DNA of 64,000 nt from Candidatus Latescibacterota bacterium (GTDB taxonomy: Bacteria; Latescibacterota; UBA2968; SICM01), in contig CBDCJO010000002.1 in assembly GCA_965217865.1 (NCBI GenBank), positions 448,001-512,000 on the forward strand. Direction: 5' to 3'. The notes beneath the pieces are model-generated. The model searched no databases. It worked only from the letters and a program-made list of their open reading frames with translations, and was not told the origin of the DNA. The position numbers and the translations under genes were made by a program. Shown piece by piece: positions 1 through 10,096 of the stretch; within the stretch, counting starts at the first letter, position 1; each line of letters starts with the position of its first letter.

Positions 1-296
1 GTAATGCTCAAGTTTACGATCCTCCCCTGTCGTTCTACAACAGCCGCCAGGACGCTGACCTGTCCGACACGGTCTTGGCCGGGCACCTGCACGTCGGCGC
101 CGACTACAGCCTGAACGACAAGGTGTCGTTGGGACTGAAGCTGACCTGCTCGATGATGGACGACATCGAAGACAGCAGCGGATACTCGCTTCACCCGCTT
201 CACAAGCGGGACCCGGACTTCCTCAACCACAATACGTTCACCGGCTCGCGTTACTGGACACTGACGTTTACAGCCAAACGCCTGTTCGGCAACTGA
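1..296 (+). CDS. 3' end of an outer-membrane beta-barrel-like protein (partial, runs off window)
   Basis: Alternating beta-strand pattern HLHVGADYSLNDKVSLGLKL and terminal YWTLTFTAKRLF. Confidence 0.45.
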   Translation, partial: NAQVYDPPLSFYNSRQDADLSDTVLAGHLHVGADYSLNDKVSLGLKLTCSMMDDIEDSSGYSLHPLHKRDPDFLNHNTFTGSRYWTLTFTAKRLFGN

Positions 297-404
297 ACGG
301 GTCCATCTGATCGAGTTTTGGCGGGGACTGGCCGAGTTGCCTTCAGCGGCCCGTCCTGGCTGGATTATTATACACATATACACACACAGCCCACGGAATC
401 CTTG

Positions 405-511
405 GGAGACGTGGCGTTGGACATACACAAAGATTCGATCACCGTTGCGCTTGCCGGTCGGGATCGGGAAGGACCGAAGCTTTATGGCACGATACCGTCT
501 ACGGGCGAAGC
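405..511 (+). pseudogene. IS110-family transposase N-terminal remnant, cut by IS3
   Basis: VALDIHKDSITVALA resembles the first DEDD motif of IS110 transposases; stops at the IS3 end at 512. Confidence 0.55.
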
Positions 512-1787
512 TGATATGCCCCGGGAAAAGTGGACAGTGGTTTAAGCCGCTTTCTGCAGCGATAGGCGTTCAAAAAGGGCCGGGGACACATAGTCCATGT
601 AAGCGTGCAGCCGCTGATTGTTGTAAAACATTTCGATGTACTCGAAGAGTTCGCGCTCTGCATGATCGAGGTCGATCAAGTCGACGTGATACAGCCATTC
701 GGTCTTCAAGGTTTTGAAGAATGACTCGGAGACGGCATTGTCCCAGCAATCGGCCTTCTTGCTCATGCCTTGAACAAACTGATGCGCGTCGACGGCCTTT
801 CGGAAGCCATCGCAGCAATACTGAATACCTCGATCGGAATGAATCATCAGATTCGGCTGCGGTCTGCGTTGCCATACTGCGCGTGACAGGGCCGTGAGTA
901 CCGTTTCGTGCGCCAGCGAGGTGCTGACGCACCAGCCCAACCACGCGACGTGAAAACAGGTCAATGAATACAACCAGATACAGCCATCCCGATCGACTGG
1001 ACAAATACGTGATATCGCTGACCCACACTTCGTTGGGACGACCCGCGTCAAAGGCCCGGTTCAGCAAGTTCGGGGATGCCTTCAGGTCGTGCTTCGTATC
1101 CGTGGTCACCACGAACTTCCGACGTACCTTCGACCGGAGGCCCTGACGACGCATCGAAAAGGCCACGCGGTTGCGCCTATACGGCTTTCCTTGTGCCGCC
1201 AGCGCACGGCTGATCTTCAGGCTCCCATACCGGCCACGGCTGGCCTCGCAGGCCGCTTTTACCAGGACATCCAGAAGAAGTCGTTCCTGCTCGCGCTCGC
1301 TCTCAAGGCGGGAAAACCAGCCATAGTAACCGCTTGTTGACACATCAAGCAACTTCGCCATCCTCTCCACCGAAAACTCCAAGTGGTGGTCCTTTATGAA
1401 CCTGAATCTGCTTTCGGTGTCTTTGAGAAGATGGCCACTACTTTGTTCAGGATGTCCCGTTCTTCCCCGCGCGATGTCAAGCTCTCGACGTAAACAGCGG
1501 TTCTCCTCCTCCAAAGGCTTCTGGTGACCTGTACCTGGGAACGCATCGATCGGGTCTGCCTCCAGCTCATCACGCCAGCGCCGGATCGCCCCCTGGTATA
1601 ATACCAGGTCCCGTTCTATCTGCCGGTCCGTCTTTCCACTGGTGTCAGCCAGACGCACCGACTCTCTCTTGAACTCAGAATCATACCGCTTTCCCGGATG
1701 TGAAGTTCCTTGACCTTTCATAGACACACCTCCTATACCTACAAAATATACTACCTCTTGGTGTGTCCACAATCCCCAAACAGGTCA
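512..1787 (-). mobile_element. IS3-family insertion sequence, frameshifted
   Basis: Imperfect IRs TGACCTGTTTGGGGATTGTGGACA and TGATATGCCCCGGGAAAAGTGGACA; HTH orfA (RYDSEFKRESVRL); DDE orfB (WVSDITY, HSDRGIQY, DNAVSESFF) split near 935; no target duplication visible. Confidence 0.9.
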
Positions 1788-2078
1788 AACACTATCCCAG
1801 ACGTAATGCAGGTACCAATCCAGCGAGGCTCGGAGCTAGACCCTAGAGTCTGGCCGAAGGTTCTTAAGCGCGCGAGCGCGTTGCCCCTAATTCTTGGCGA
1901 CGCACCGTGGCGAGGCACAATTTTTCGCAACAACAAGATGGAGACAGGGGCTCGCATTCTGGCGATACAGTTAGCATGCTACATGCTCGGAGTCGGGGGA
2001 GTCGACCGTGAGAAACTGCTCGCGCACTATAGAGGACACCTTGATGATGACATGGCGAAACTCCCTCCGTGTCTATAA
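1788..2078 (+). pseudogene. C-terminal remnant of a DGQHR/DndB-like protein
   Basis: PWRGTIF...LACYMLG...LLAHYRGHLDDDMAKLP resembles DGQHR-family C-termini (from memory); 5' part replaced by IS3. Confidence 0.35.
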
Positions 2079-2129
2079 TAGTGAGACAGTTTCCCGGCTG
2101 AGTTTAGTGTAGAGGGTGAGGAGGATTGG

Positions 2130-2440
2130 AGAGCTCTCGTCAAGAGGTGTGTAAAAAGGTCAGGCGGCCAGCTTCTTCCCCGAGTCGATAGTGATCTTGT
2201 TTTTGCGGTGGTGCTGTGCGTAGACATCCTTTAGCAGATGGGGTGCGTTGAGTCGTCGGAAGCGTTTTTCAGCGACCATCCGCGTGCGCCAGATCAGGGC
2301 GCTTGCGGCGGCGACCTTTTTGTATCGCTTGGCCGCGTTGGTTCTCAAGCGGACGGAGGCAAAGGGGCTTTCGACGACATTGGTGGTTCTCAGGTGTCTC
2401 CAGTGTTTTGTCGGAAAGTCGAAGAAGGTGAGCATTCGTC
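2130..2440 (-). mobile_element. IS256-family remnant (3' end of transposase and right end)
   Basis: MLTFFDFPTKHWRHLRTTNVVESPFASVRLRT; end sequence TTTACACACCTCTTGACGAGAGCTC. Confidence 0.8.
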
Positions 2441-2827
2441 TCGAAAGCGCTCGGAGGATCGACGGCTGGGAATACCCCGGAAAGTGTGATTCGGGAAGCC
2501 GTGGTGAACGCACTCGTCCACCGCGACTACAGCATTGCGGGGACCGACGTCATGCTGGCCATCTACTCTGACCGTCTAGAGGTCCAGAGCCCTGGCAGAT
2601 TACCCAACACGGTGACGCCCGAGGGAATGAAGTTGGGCATGCGTTACGCGCGCAATCAGACACTCGTCAATATCATGCGCGACTACGGATACGTCGACGC
2701 TCGCGGCATGGGGGTGAGGAACAAGATTATTCCGGGAATGCGAGCGCATAACGGCACCGAACCCGACCTGATCGAGGAGGAGCACCGCTTCACGGTCCGC
2801 CTGTGGAAGGAGCGTAGCAAAGTGTAA
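2432..2827 (+). pseudogene. HATPase_c_4 / RecG-C-like ATP-binding protein (AlbA_2-type), 5'-truncated
   Basis: IREAVVNALVHRDY, DRLEVQSPGRLP, RNQTL, GMGV motifs; N-terminus lost at the IS256 junction; indel near 2480. Confidence 0.75.
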
Positions 2828-4339
2828 TGGGTAAAGCAACAAACAACGGGGCTCGGCCTTTCAGCGGACAAGGCATTCATGGGCTTGGTTGATCATGGCT
2901 TATTCAGTGAGAATCTTCCGCCATGCTTTACCTCCGAAGGGCTTTCAGGCCATGTAACGAAAAACCTTATATCGCTAACAACGGAAAACGACGAAAACAG
3001 GTTGGCTGATTTCCTTAAGAAGGTAAAACACGATTTTATTCACTACGAATCGTTATATCACACCAACCTTCCTCGTCAGATGGGGGTCCCCCATCCTGAA
3101 AGCTATATTGTCCAGTGTCTGGCTCTGAAGCGGCATTGGGCGAAGATCAAAAAGCACTGCGCGGAACCGGAGACACCGGTGAGCCGTATCTTTGTTCGAA
3201 AAACGTCAAGTCGGCGTGTTTTTCAGATGAATTACAAAGGAAAGGAACACTCCGAGAACGAAGAAGCGGACATTCGCAAAAGGACCGGCGCACATTATGT
3301 CGTTCGCACTGACATATCGAATTGCTTTCACAGCATCTACACCCACTCGATCCCATGGGCACTGCATGGGCGTCAAAAATCTAAAAAGAAACACTCGCTC
3401 TTGTTGGAGGGAAATCTTCTGGACAAGTCCACTCAGGTTACCCGAGATGGACAGACCAATGGGCTCTTGATCGGGCCGCACACATCCAACGTCGTCTCCG
3501 AGATAATACTGACCAGCATTGACCATGAGATGCTCCAGAAGAGATACAAGCGATTTAGACGCTATATTGATGATTACACCTTTTACGCGAAAACTCACAA
3601 CGAAGCTGAGGATTTCATCCGTGAACTCGGGATGCAGTTGCGCAAATACGAGCTTGTTCTGAACGGAAGTAAGACTGAAATCATGCCCATGCCACTTCCA
3701 ATCGAAAAAGACTGGATTCGAGAGTTGGAAAACTTCCAATGGCCAGCAGAAGACGAAACCGTTCGCTTCAGAACGGTTCGCTCGCTCCTGGACTTGGCAC
3801 TGAAGCTAACGCACGGAGCGGAGACCCATGCCGTTTTGAACTACGCCATCAAGATGGTGCCTCCACGTCTTGATAGACGAACTAAGCGTCTCTTCGTTCA
3901 GCAGGCTGTCAACTTGGCGCTGCTATATCCATATCTTGCCCCATTACTGGACAAACATGTGTTCTGCAAGCATCGCTATGATGGAATCGAGAAAGTCATT
4001 CTTGAGTTCATCGAACAGCTCCTGGAGATTGGAATTAAGAGGGTTTATTCGGATGCCATCGCCCATGCCTTGTTTTACTCGCTCAAATATGACCTGCAGT
4101 TCAATATGGCGGAGAACAAGCTCCAAAATGAGGTCATCAAAATTGATGACTGTCTCTCAGAAGTGTTGCTGCTAGAGTACGCAAAACACCACCGAATTAA
4201 GAGTATTCGGGATGCGATATCTTTTGTCTGAGATCGCCCGAAAAAACGGGGGCAAGGTCGAAGCAAGATCCTGGTTGCCTGTAGGGTTGAGAAGGGATAC
4301 ATATTTTGGGATATCCCTGACCTCACAGGAGGAGTAAAG

Positions 4340-4675
4340 ATGGAGCAACTGTCCTCAAACAGTGACCCGGTCAAGAAGCGCAGGAGCTTGTCCCCGGAAC
4401 AGAAGTATGAGATTTTCCTTGAAGCCAGCCGGGGAGATGTTCCCATTGCACAGGTGCTGCGGAAATGGGGCATTCATTCCTCGGATCTAAAGCGTATTCG
4501 TGAGTCGGTCAAGTCCGGGGCCCTCAAGGAGTTCAAGGGTCGCCGGAGCCGCAAGCCGATGGTATCGGCTGAGGAGGTGGAGCAGCTGCGCAAAGAGCGG
4601 GCACGCCTGGAGCAAACGATCATTGAGCAATCTGTGGAACTTTCCCTGCTAAAAAAAAGTGTGAATGGGATCTGA
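4340..4675 (+). CDS. IS transposase OrfA (HTH)
   Basis: RRSLSPEQKYEIFLE, coiled coil ending LLKK; AAAAAAAAG slippery site at 4651-4659. Confidence 0.85.
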   Translation: MEQLSSNSDPVKKRRSLSPEQKYEIFLEASRGDVPIAQVLRKWGIHSSDLKRIRESVKSGALKEFKGRRSRKPMVSAEEVEQLRKERARLEQTIIEQSVELSLLKKSVNGI

Positions 4676-5724
4676 CAGGCCCGATCAAGGGCCACCGGGT
4701 GCAAGCTGAGGTCAAACGCGAGATCCTCTTAATGGTCCATCGGGCCAAGGAGAAAGGGGTGAAACTCACCCGTTCTTGCGAGATCCTACAGCTTCCCCTC
4801 CAGCGGTATTGTGCCTGGAGCCGGCGAGATCGAGAAGAGAAGCTGGATGGGGTGTCGGACCCGCTTTTGGATGGGAAGCCCGGGCCCGCCCCTGATGAGG
4901 CCCCACACGGATTGCTGAGGGAGGAGAAAGAGCAAATCTCGGCCCTCTTAAGGGATGAGACCTATGCCGATCTGCCTCCCCATCAGCTGGCGGTGGTAGC
5001 CTCAGAGAAGGGGGTAGTGCAGGCCTCGGCCTCCAGCTTCTACCGACAGGCCAGGAAAGAACGTCTGGCACGCAGGAAACAGGTGAGGACGCCGGTCAAG
5101 CAGAGCAAGCCCCAGGTCAAACCTGAAGGTCCTAATCAGGTCTGGAGCTGGGACCTGACCTACATCCCATTTTTCGGTTTGTTCCTGTATTTTACCGCCA
5201 TTCTCGACGTGTATTCCAGGAAGATCGTAGGATGGAAGCTCTCCTTCAACGCGACCGTGGAGCAGGTCAAACAGGCTTGGGATCAAGCCCTTGCCAACGA
5301 AGGACTGCTGGACACTGGGCCCATAAGCTTGACAGCCCTCTCAGATCACGGATCTCAGATGAAGGCCAAATCGATGGCCCAATTCTTCAAGGACCTGGGC
5401 ATCTCGCAGCTGTTTGCCCGATATCAAACACCCACGGACAACGCCTGGATCGAAGCCTTTTTCCGGACATTCAAATACGACTGGCTGCGCTTCCAGGACA
5501 TCTTCACATTCCATCAACTGGAAGGCCTGATTGATTCCTTCATTCACAGCTACAACGCCGAACGCTATCACGGGGCAATACAGTATGTCACGCCTCTTCA
5601 GAGGCATAAAGGCCAGCATCAAAAGATTCTTCACCACCGACAAGGTCGAAAGGAGGAGGCTCGGCAGCGCCGCATAGAAATCAATCGGCAAAGAACATCC
5701 CAGACCATCCACAAGGCTGCCTGA
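4651..5724 (+). CDS. IS transposase OrfB (rve integrase core), probably reached by -1 frameshift
   Basis: WSWDLTY, SDHGSQM, DNAWIEAFF; the -1 frame is open from the A8G tract. Confidence 0.85.
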   Translation, partial: KKKCEWDLTGPIKGHRVQAEVKREILLMVHRAKEKGVKLTRSCEILQLPLQRYCAWSRRDREEKLDGVSDPLLDGKPGPAPDEAPHGLLREEKEQISALLRDETYADLPPHQLAVVASEKGVVQASASSFYRQARKERLARRKQVRTPVKQSKPQVKPEGPNQVWSWDLTYIPFFGLFLYFTAILDVYSRKIVGWKLSFNATVEQVKQAWDQALANEGLLDTGPISLTALSDHGSQMKAKSMAQFFKDLGISQLFARYQTPTDNAWIEAFFRTFKYDWLRFQDIFTFHQLEGLIDSFIHSYNAERYHGAIQYVTPLQRHKGQHQKILHHRQGRKEEARQRRIEINRQRTSQTIHKAA

Positions 5725-6095
5725 ATCTTGCTTGGACCTTTATCTGCTTTTCTCTTGTTATCTCAGAATAGATACAGCGATACGAACTCGTGACGGATAA
5801 TCTGAAGGGTATGGAGATCCGAGAGAAGGACCGCTTCTGGCTTCTGATCTATCAAGTGTGGCGCGAAAAAACGCTGAACGACGAAGGCCAATCATTTTTG
5901 GCTGAGTTGAAGCGAAAACGCTTCGACTTTGTAAACTTCATATGATGCTCTCAGAACAGCCGGATCGAGGACAACCACGATGTGTCCAGGTCGCGTCTCG
6001 ACACGATTCTTTACCTTGCGTACGTGGTGCGCATAGAGGAAACAAAGGTGTTCTTGCGGTTGATTGAGGGCTTTTCACAAATCGAGACTTGAAGG

Positions 6096-6590
6096 ATGCT
6101 TGATCAGAAGACGTTGGACGACATAATCCGGCGCATTGTGGAGGTGGCCCAGCCGGAGAAGATCATCCTCTTCGGGTCCGCCGCCCGCGGGCCGCATGGG
6201 TCCCAACAGCGACGTTGACTTGCTCATCATCAAGGAGAGACCGGACCCGCTCGATATCATGGCCCGTTATTTACAGGAAGCTTCATGGGGTCTGCGCCGC
6301 GGTTGATGCGATTCGTAGTTGGCCTTGGGGGTCAGGCAGCCGAGAAGGCTATCAAAGCCTTGATGATCAGGCAACATTTTAAGTATCCATACTTGCATGA
6401 AATTTGGCTCGCCTATTGTCGCTGCTTGAAGAAACAGGAAAAATCATCCCGGAGGTGGTCCGCAAGGCTGAGGAATTCACCCCATACGCCGTGATCACGC
6501 GCTAATCCCGGGACCGCTAGACATGTTTTGCCATACAGGAGTATATGGAAGCGGTTGAGATCGCCGAAGCAGTTGTTCCAATGGTGATTA
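6096..6590 (+). pseudogene. Degenerate MNT nucleotidyltransferase / HEPN toxin-antitoxin pair
   Basis: MLDQKTLDDIIRRIVEVAQPEKIILFGSAARG..SDVDLLII, then QAAEKAIKAL..YPYLH; several indels. Confidence 0.7.
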
Positions 6591-6838
6591 TATACTTGAT
6601 AAAGTCATGATAGTGATGAAGGCTCTGTCTACTCAAACAATCTGTTGGCAGTCCCCATGCCGACAAATATAGAAACAGGACATCAAAAATCAGGTAAAGA
6701 AATCGCTCGAATCGGACGATCTCCGGCCAAGGGACGGGGCATTCTGCGAGACTTTCGCAAAAAACTCAACATTTTTGGATAAAGCAAATAGCCTTTGTCA
6801 AGTATATAATTCCCGTTCCAATGGGCCGAGGAGAGCCT

Positions 6839-7254
6839 GTGATTCCCAGAGAATGCAAGCGACTGGCCGAGGTGGACTTCCCCATTGCCGAAGTCTCGAA
6901 GCATGCGGCGCGAGAGAAGTCGATCCGGCACGGGCATCCCTCGACCCTGCACCTGTGGTGGGCGCGGCGGCCGCTGGCTTCGTCGCGGGCGGTGTTGATG
7001 GCGCTGCTGCTGCCGGACCCGTGCGATGAGCACTGTCCAGAAGCGTTCAAGAAAAAAGCCCGCAAGATTCTCCTCGGCATGCACGGACGGCCGTCCGGGT
7101 GGACAACCGCGATCAAGCCGGATGAGGGATTGCGCAAGATCATCCTGAAGTTCATCGCCGACTTCGCCAACTGGGACAACGCTACGAACCGCACCTGTCT
7201 CGACGTGAGCCGGGCGCTGGTGAAGGCTGCGCATGGCGAGGAGCCACCCCTGGT
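6839..7254 (+). pseudogene. DUF1156 adenine-methylase-family protein, N-terminal fragment
   Basis: REKSIRHGHPSTLHLWWARRPLA; breaks at EEPPLV, before the expected DPFAGGG motif. Confidence 0.85.
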
Positions 7255-7803
7255 ATGCGCACCCGAACGCTCAAACACTGCAATAGCCCAACCGATCAGC
7301 TTTTTCGCAAGGGGGGTATTCGGAGGATGAAACGAGCGTCGAAACATGAAATCAATCTCCTGAAAAACCACGATGCCCCCCGGGCGAAGGCACCCGGCGA
7401 ATTGTTTCAGAGCCTCTGAGGGGTCAGACATATACATGAGGACAAACCGGCCCACCAGGGCATCGAAGTCGCCCCCCAGATCAAGGGTCCGCGCGTCCCC
7501 CGCCACGAATTCGACATTTGTCCATCCCGCTTTTCCGACCCGCACTCGAGCCGTTTCCAGAATCTTCCCGTTGACATCCACGCCCACAACCTGACCTGCC
7601 GGACCAACCAGTTCAGTTGCGGCCAGCGCCACGTCTCCGGCACCACTGCCGATATCGAGGACCCTCATCCCGCTGACCAGGCCCGCCTCCTTGAGAAAAC
7701 GCCGGGTCAGACCCTCATACAGCCGCGACTGCCGAATCAACCGGTCCGTCTCCTCCCGGCTGCGACCCATCGTATATTTCGGATCGTCGTCCGGATTATT
7801 CAT
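7254..7803 (-). pseudogene. Class I SAM-dependent methyltransferase, 3'-truncated
   Basis: VLDIGSGAGDV, FDALVGRFVLMY, LRPGG; merges into antisense DUF1156 DNA at about 7254. Confidence 0.8.
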
Positions 7804-7905
7804 ATCACTCCCGGGTGGCCCCTCTAACCGTCATATACTACCAAGGACATTTTTTCGACACTCCATCCTGGACCGGATCGTCTCCTGACCTCTTCTCCGA
7901 CACTT

Positions 7906-8163
7906 TCAGACGGTCACCGGTAGGGTAGGTATCCCAGCGGCAGAAAGGCTCTCCATCTCACGAATGAGCGCAACTGCTTCCCGCCGCCCGGCGATCGCCG
8001 CGGCGGTGAAAAGACCGTGTTTGAAGGCGTTCGTGTTACCGACCGGTGCGCCGGGCGATGCTCCCCCGTGCATCCGGCAACGGCCGTTCGTTATCGCGGG
8101 TGACCGGCACGGCATCCCGCTTCTCGTCCAGGCGCCGCAACGCGGGCTCCGGTGCATGGGCAA
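7906..8163 (-). CDS. HGGxSTG-domain protein (copy 1)
   Basis: CGAWTRSGMPCRSPA..GRCRMHGGASPGAP.GNTNAFKHG. Confidence 0.8.
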   Translation of the reverse strand: MPMHRSPRCGAWTRSGMPCRSPAITNGRCRMHGGASPGAPVGNTNAFKHGLFTAAAIAGRREAVALIREMESLSAAGIPTLPVTV

Positions 8164-8166
8164 GTG

Positions 8167-8600
8167 CTATGCGGGGGGTTGTTCCTCCGATTTCGTGCGA
8201 TCCCTCCTCTGTGTTTCGACCATGCCGACCACTGCCTGCCCACCCGCGTGGACGTACACATGCTCGACCGTCACCTTCTGCTGCCCCTTGCCGCGATGCT
8301 TGTCGAGGGCCCCCAGCAGGGCCGTCCACGTTCGGGATAGCCTGTTCGCCTGGTTCAGGTTCTCGCGCCGCCCCACGAAGGTCTGCTCGACGTGCATGGC
8401 GCGGCGATAGCACTCCATCGTGGCATTGTGGGCGGCGATCAACTGCGCCGCCATCATGCCCTCCAACTCGTCCCTCGGACCGATGCTGGCCAGCGCGGCG
8501 CCGGTGGCACTGATCTGCTGTATGTGGGTCTCGGTCTCGGAGTTCCCGGTCCAGAAGGACTGCACCGCCTGATTGAAGAGCAGGTTGTTCCAGTTCTTGG
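8167..8600 (-). pseudogene. Conserved hypothetical protein of prophage/island type, 5'-damaged
   Basis: PRDELEGMMAAQLIAAH...RGKGQQKVTVEHVYVHAGGQAVVG, a family I recall beside HGGxSTG genes. Confidence 0.55.
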
Positions 8601-8826
8601 CGCAGCTTCCGACCTTTCAGGTCTTTCGCCGGGAACAGGTGGTTCACGCTTCGACTTCGCGCCGGCGCAATATTCTTTGAGGTATGAAAAACTCCTTTCA
8701 GGGTCCGGCTGATTTGCCCTACGCTTGCGCAACTCTGCCTCCCTCCGGCCGCGGCAAACTGGCCCCGGAAGTTGCCCCCCAATGTATGAAATGGGCGAAA
8801 AGGAACCGCACAGGCTGCACGGCTGG

Positions 8827-9072
8827 TCAGTCTTGACCGTCGACCTGCTCGACAAGGCTCTTCATCTCACGAATGAGCGCAGCCGCTTCCCGCCGCTCGG
8901 CGGTCGCCGCGGCGGTGAAAAGACCGTGTTTGAAGGCGTTCGTGTTACCGACCGGTGCGCCGGGCGATGCTCCTCCGTGCATCCGGCAACGGCCGTTCGT
9001 CATCGCGGGTGACCGGCACGGCATCCCGCTTCTCGTCCTGGCACCGCATCGCGGGCTCCGGTGCATGGGCAA
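8827..9072 (-). CDS. HGGxSTG-domain protein (copy 2)
   Basis: CGARTRSGMPCRSPAMTNGRCRMHGGASPG. Confidence 0.8.
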   Translation of the reverse strand: MPMHRSPRCGARTRSGMPCRSPAMTNGRCRMHGGASPGAPVGNTNAFKHGLFTAAATAERREAAALIREMKSLVEQVDGQD

Positions 9073-10096
9073 GTGCTATGCAGGGGGTTGTTCCTCAAAT
9101 TTCGATCGAATCCCCTCTCCCCCTCCCCCGGAATGAGTAATATAGCCGTTTGGCCGGAAGCTGTCAACCAGGGAGGCTTCAGATCCGAGCGATCAGAAGC
9201 GGTCGCGGCCCGTTGGATGACGGCCAGGTTCGAGACATTGAGCTTCGCCCCGGCCTTTTCAGGATCTCCAAAAACTCCAGAAATCGCCCCGGCTTCGCCG
9301 TCACGCCGACCTGAAGCCAGTGACAAAAAGTCGACTGATTCCCGCACCCTCCAGGCGTCCATGTTCCACAACTCCTTCAAATACAAGAGGTTTCTCTCTC
9401 TGGCGTGAGGGTGAGCGGTCAGGAAAAGGGTGCAGTTGGGGAGCCGGTCTCAATGTGGAAGAAACGACTGATATGACTGGAAAAACGGGAATCGATCTTG
9501 ACGTCTTGACATGGTTTCCGCCTCGACGGTGCGGGCGTAATTACGATATATCCTTTCAATACGGCATGTTACGTCTGACAAACAGAGAATGGTTCCGGGG
9601 AGAGGATCATATGGGGAGCCATATTCCCATCCGCCAACTTCGGCGGTCGTCCGTTAACGCCAGACCCCGTGGGGCAACCCTTCGGGGTCTTGTCGTTTCT
9701 GCCGTATTCACAAACGCTTGTGCCACCTCTCCCCCTCTCTGTCGATTCTCTGTTTCGAAGCGCTCCCTCCGGTGTTCGAGCACAACCGTGGGGGTTGCGG
9801 CCGCTGAGCAGAGATACCTCCTCCGGATTCTCTGATTCTCTGTTTTTCCCGTCGGCCTTGTTTAACAGCTTGGTTCGACGTGCGGAAGCGGCCGTGCGCC
9901 CGGAGCCCGGAATCGTAGCCAGCACAGCCCCCAGAAACATATAGCGGACTTTGAAACGGATTCATTGGCTACACGGGATTCAAGAGTTGACCGGATACGC
10001 CAATTCTCATATATTCTTTGTCGTGGCCCTGATCGAATGCAGATTTCCAACAGACACATGCGCAGACACATGTGCCAAATCCACGGGGAGTTCAAA

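Larger units (their letters stand above)
4220..5776 (+). mobile_element. Two-ORF DDE IS (IS3/IS481-like) with 6-bp target duplication
   Basis: GCGATA at 4214-4219 and 5777-5782; right end TATCTCAGAATAGATACA and related left end TCTTTTGTCTGAGAT. Confidence 0.85.
2827..5945 (+). pseudogene. Drt4 (UG15)-like antiviral reverse transcriptase, interrupted by an IS
   Basis: GLFSENLPPCF, DISNCFHSIYTHSIPWAL, GLLIGPHTSNVVSEIIL, RYIDD; the protein resumes after the IS at 5783-5945 (...DRFWLLIYQVW...FDFVNFI*). Confidence 0.75.
7946..9096. repeat. About 240-bp direct repeat (7946-8187 and 8853-9096)
   Basis: Near-identical sequence from AAGGCTCT to GGGGGTTGTTCCTC spanning both HGGxSTG genes. Confidence 0.9.

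Noticed and set aside
570-1772. Natural single-ORF IS3 transposase
   Set aside because: The orfA-orfB fusion appears to stem from an indel, and a second frameshift removes the catalytic C-terminus
6766-7803. 345-aa methyltransferase with a novel C-terminal domain
   Set aside because: The C-terminal half is antisense read-through of the DUF1156 fragment
7946-9096. 240-bp repeat as a DGR TR/VR pair
   Set aside because: Mismatches are not confined to adenines and no DGR-type RT is adjacent
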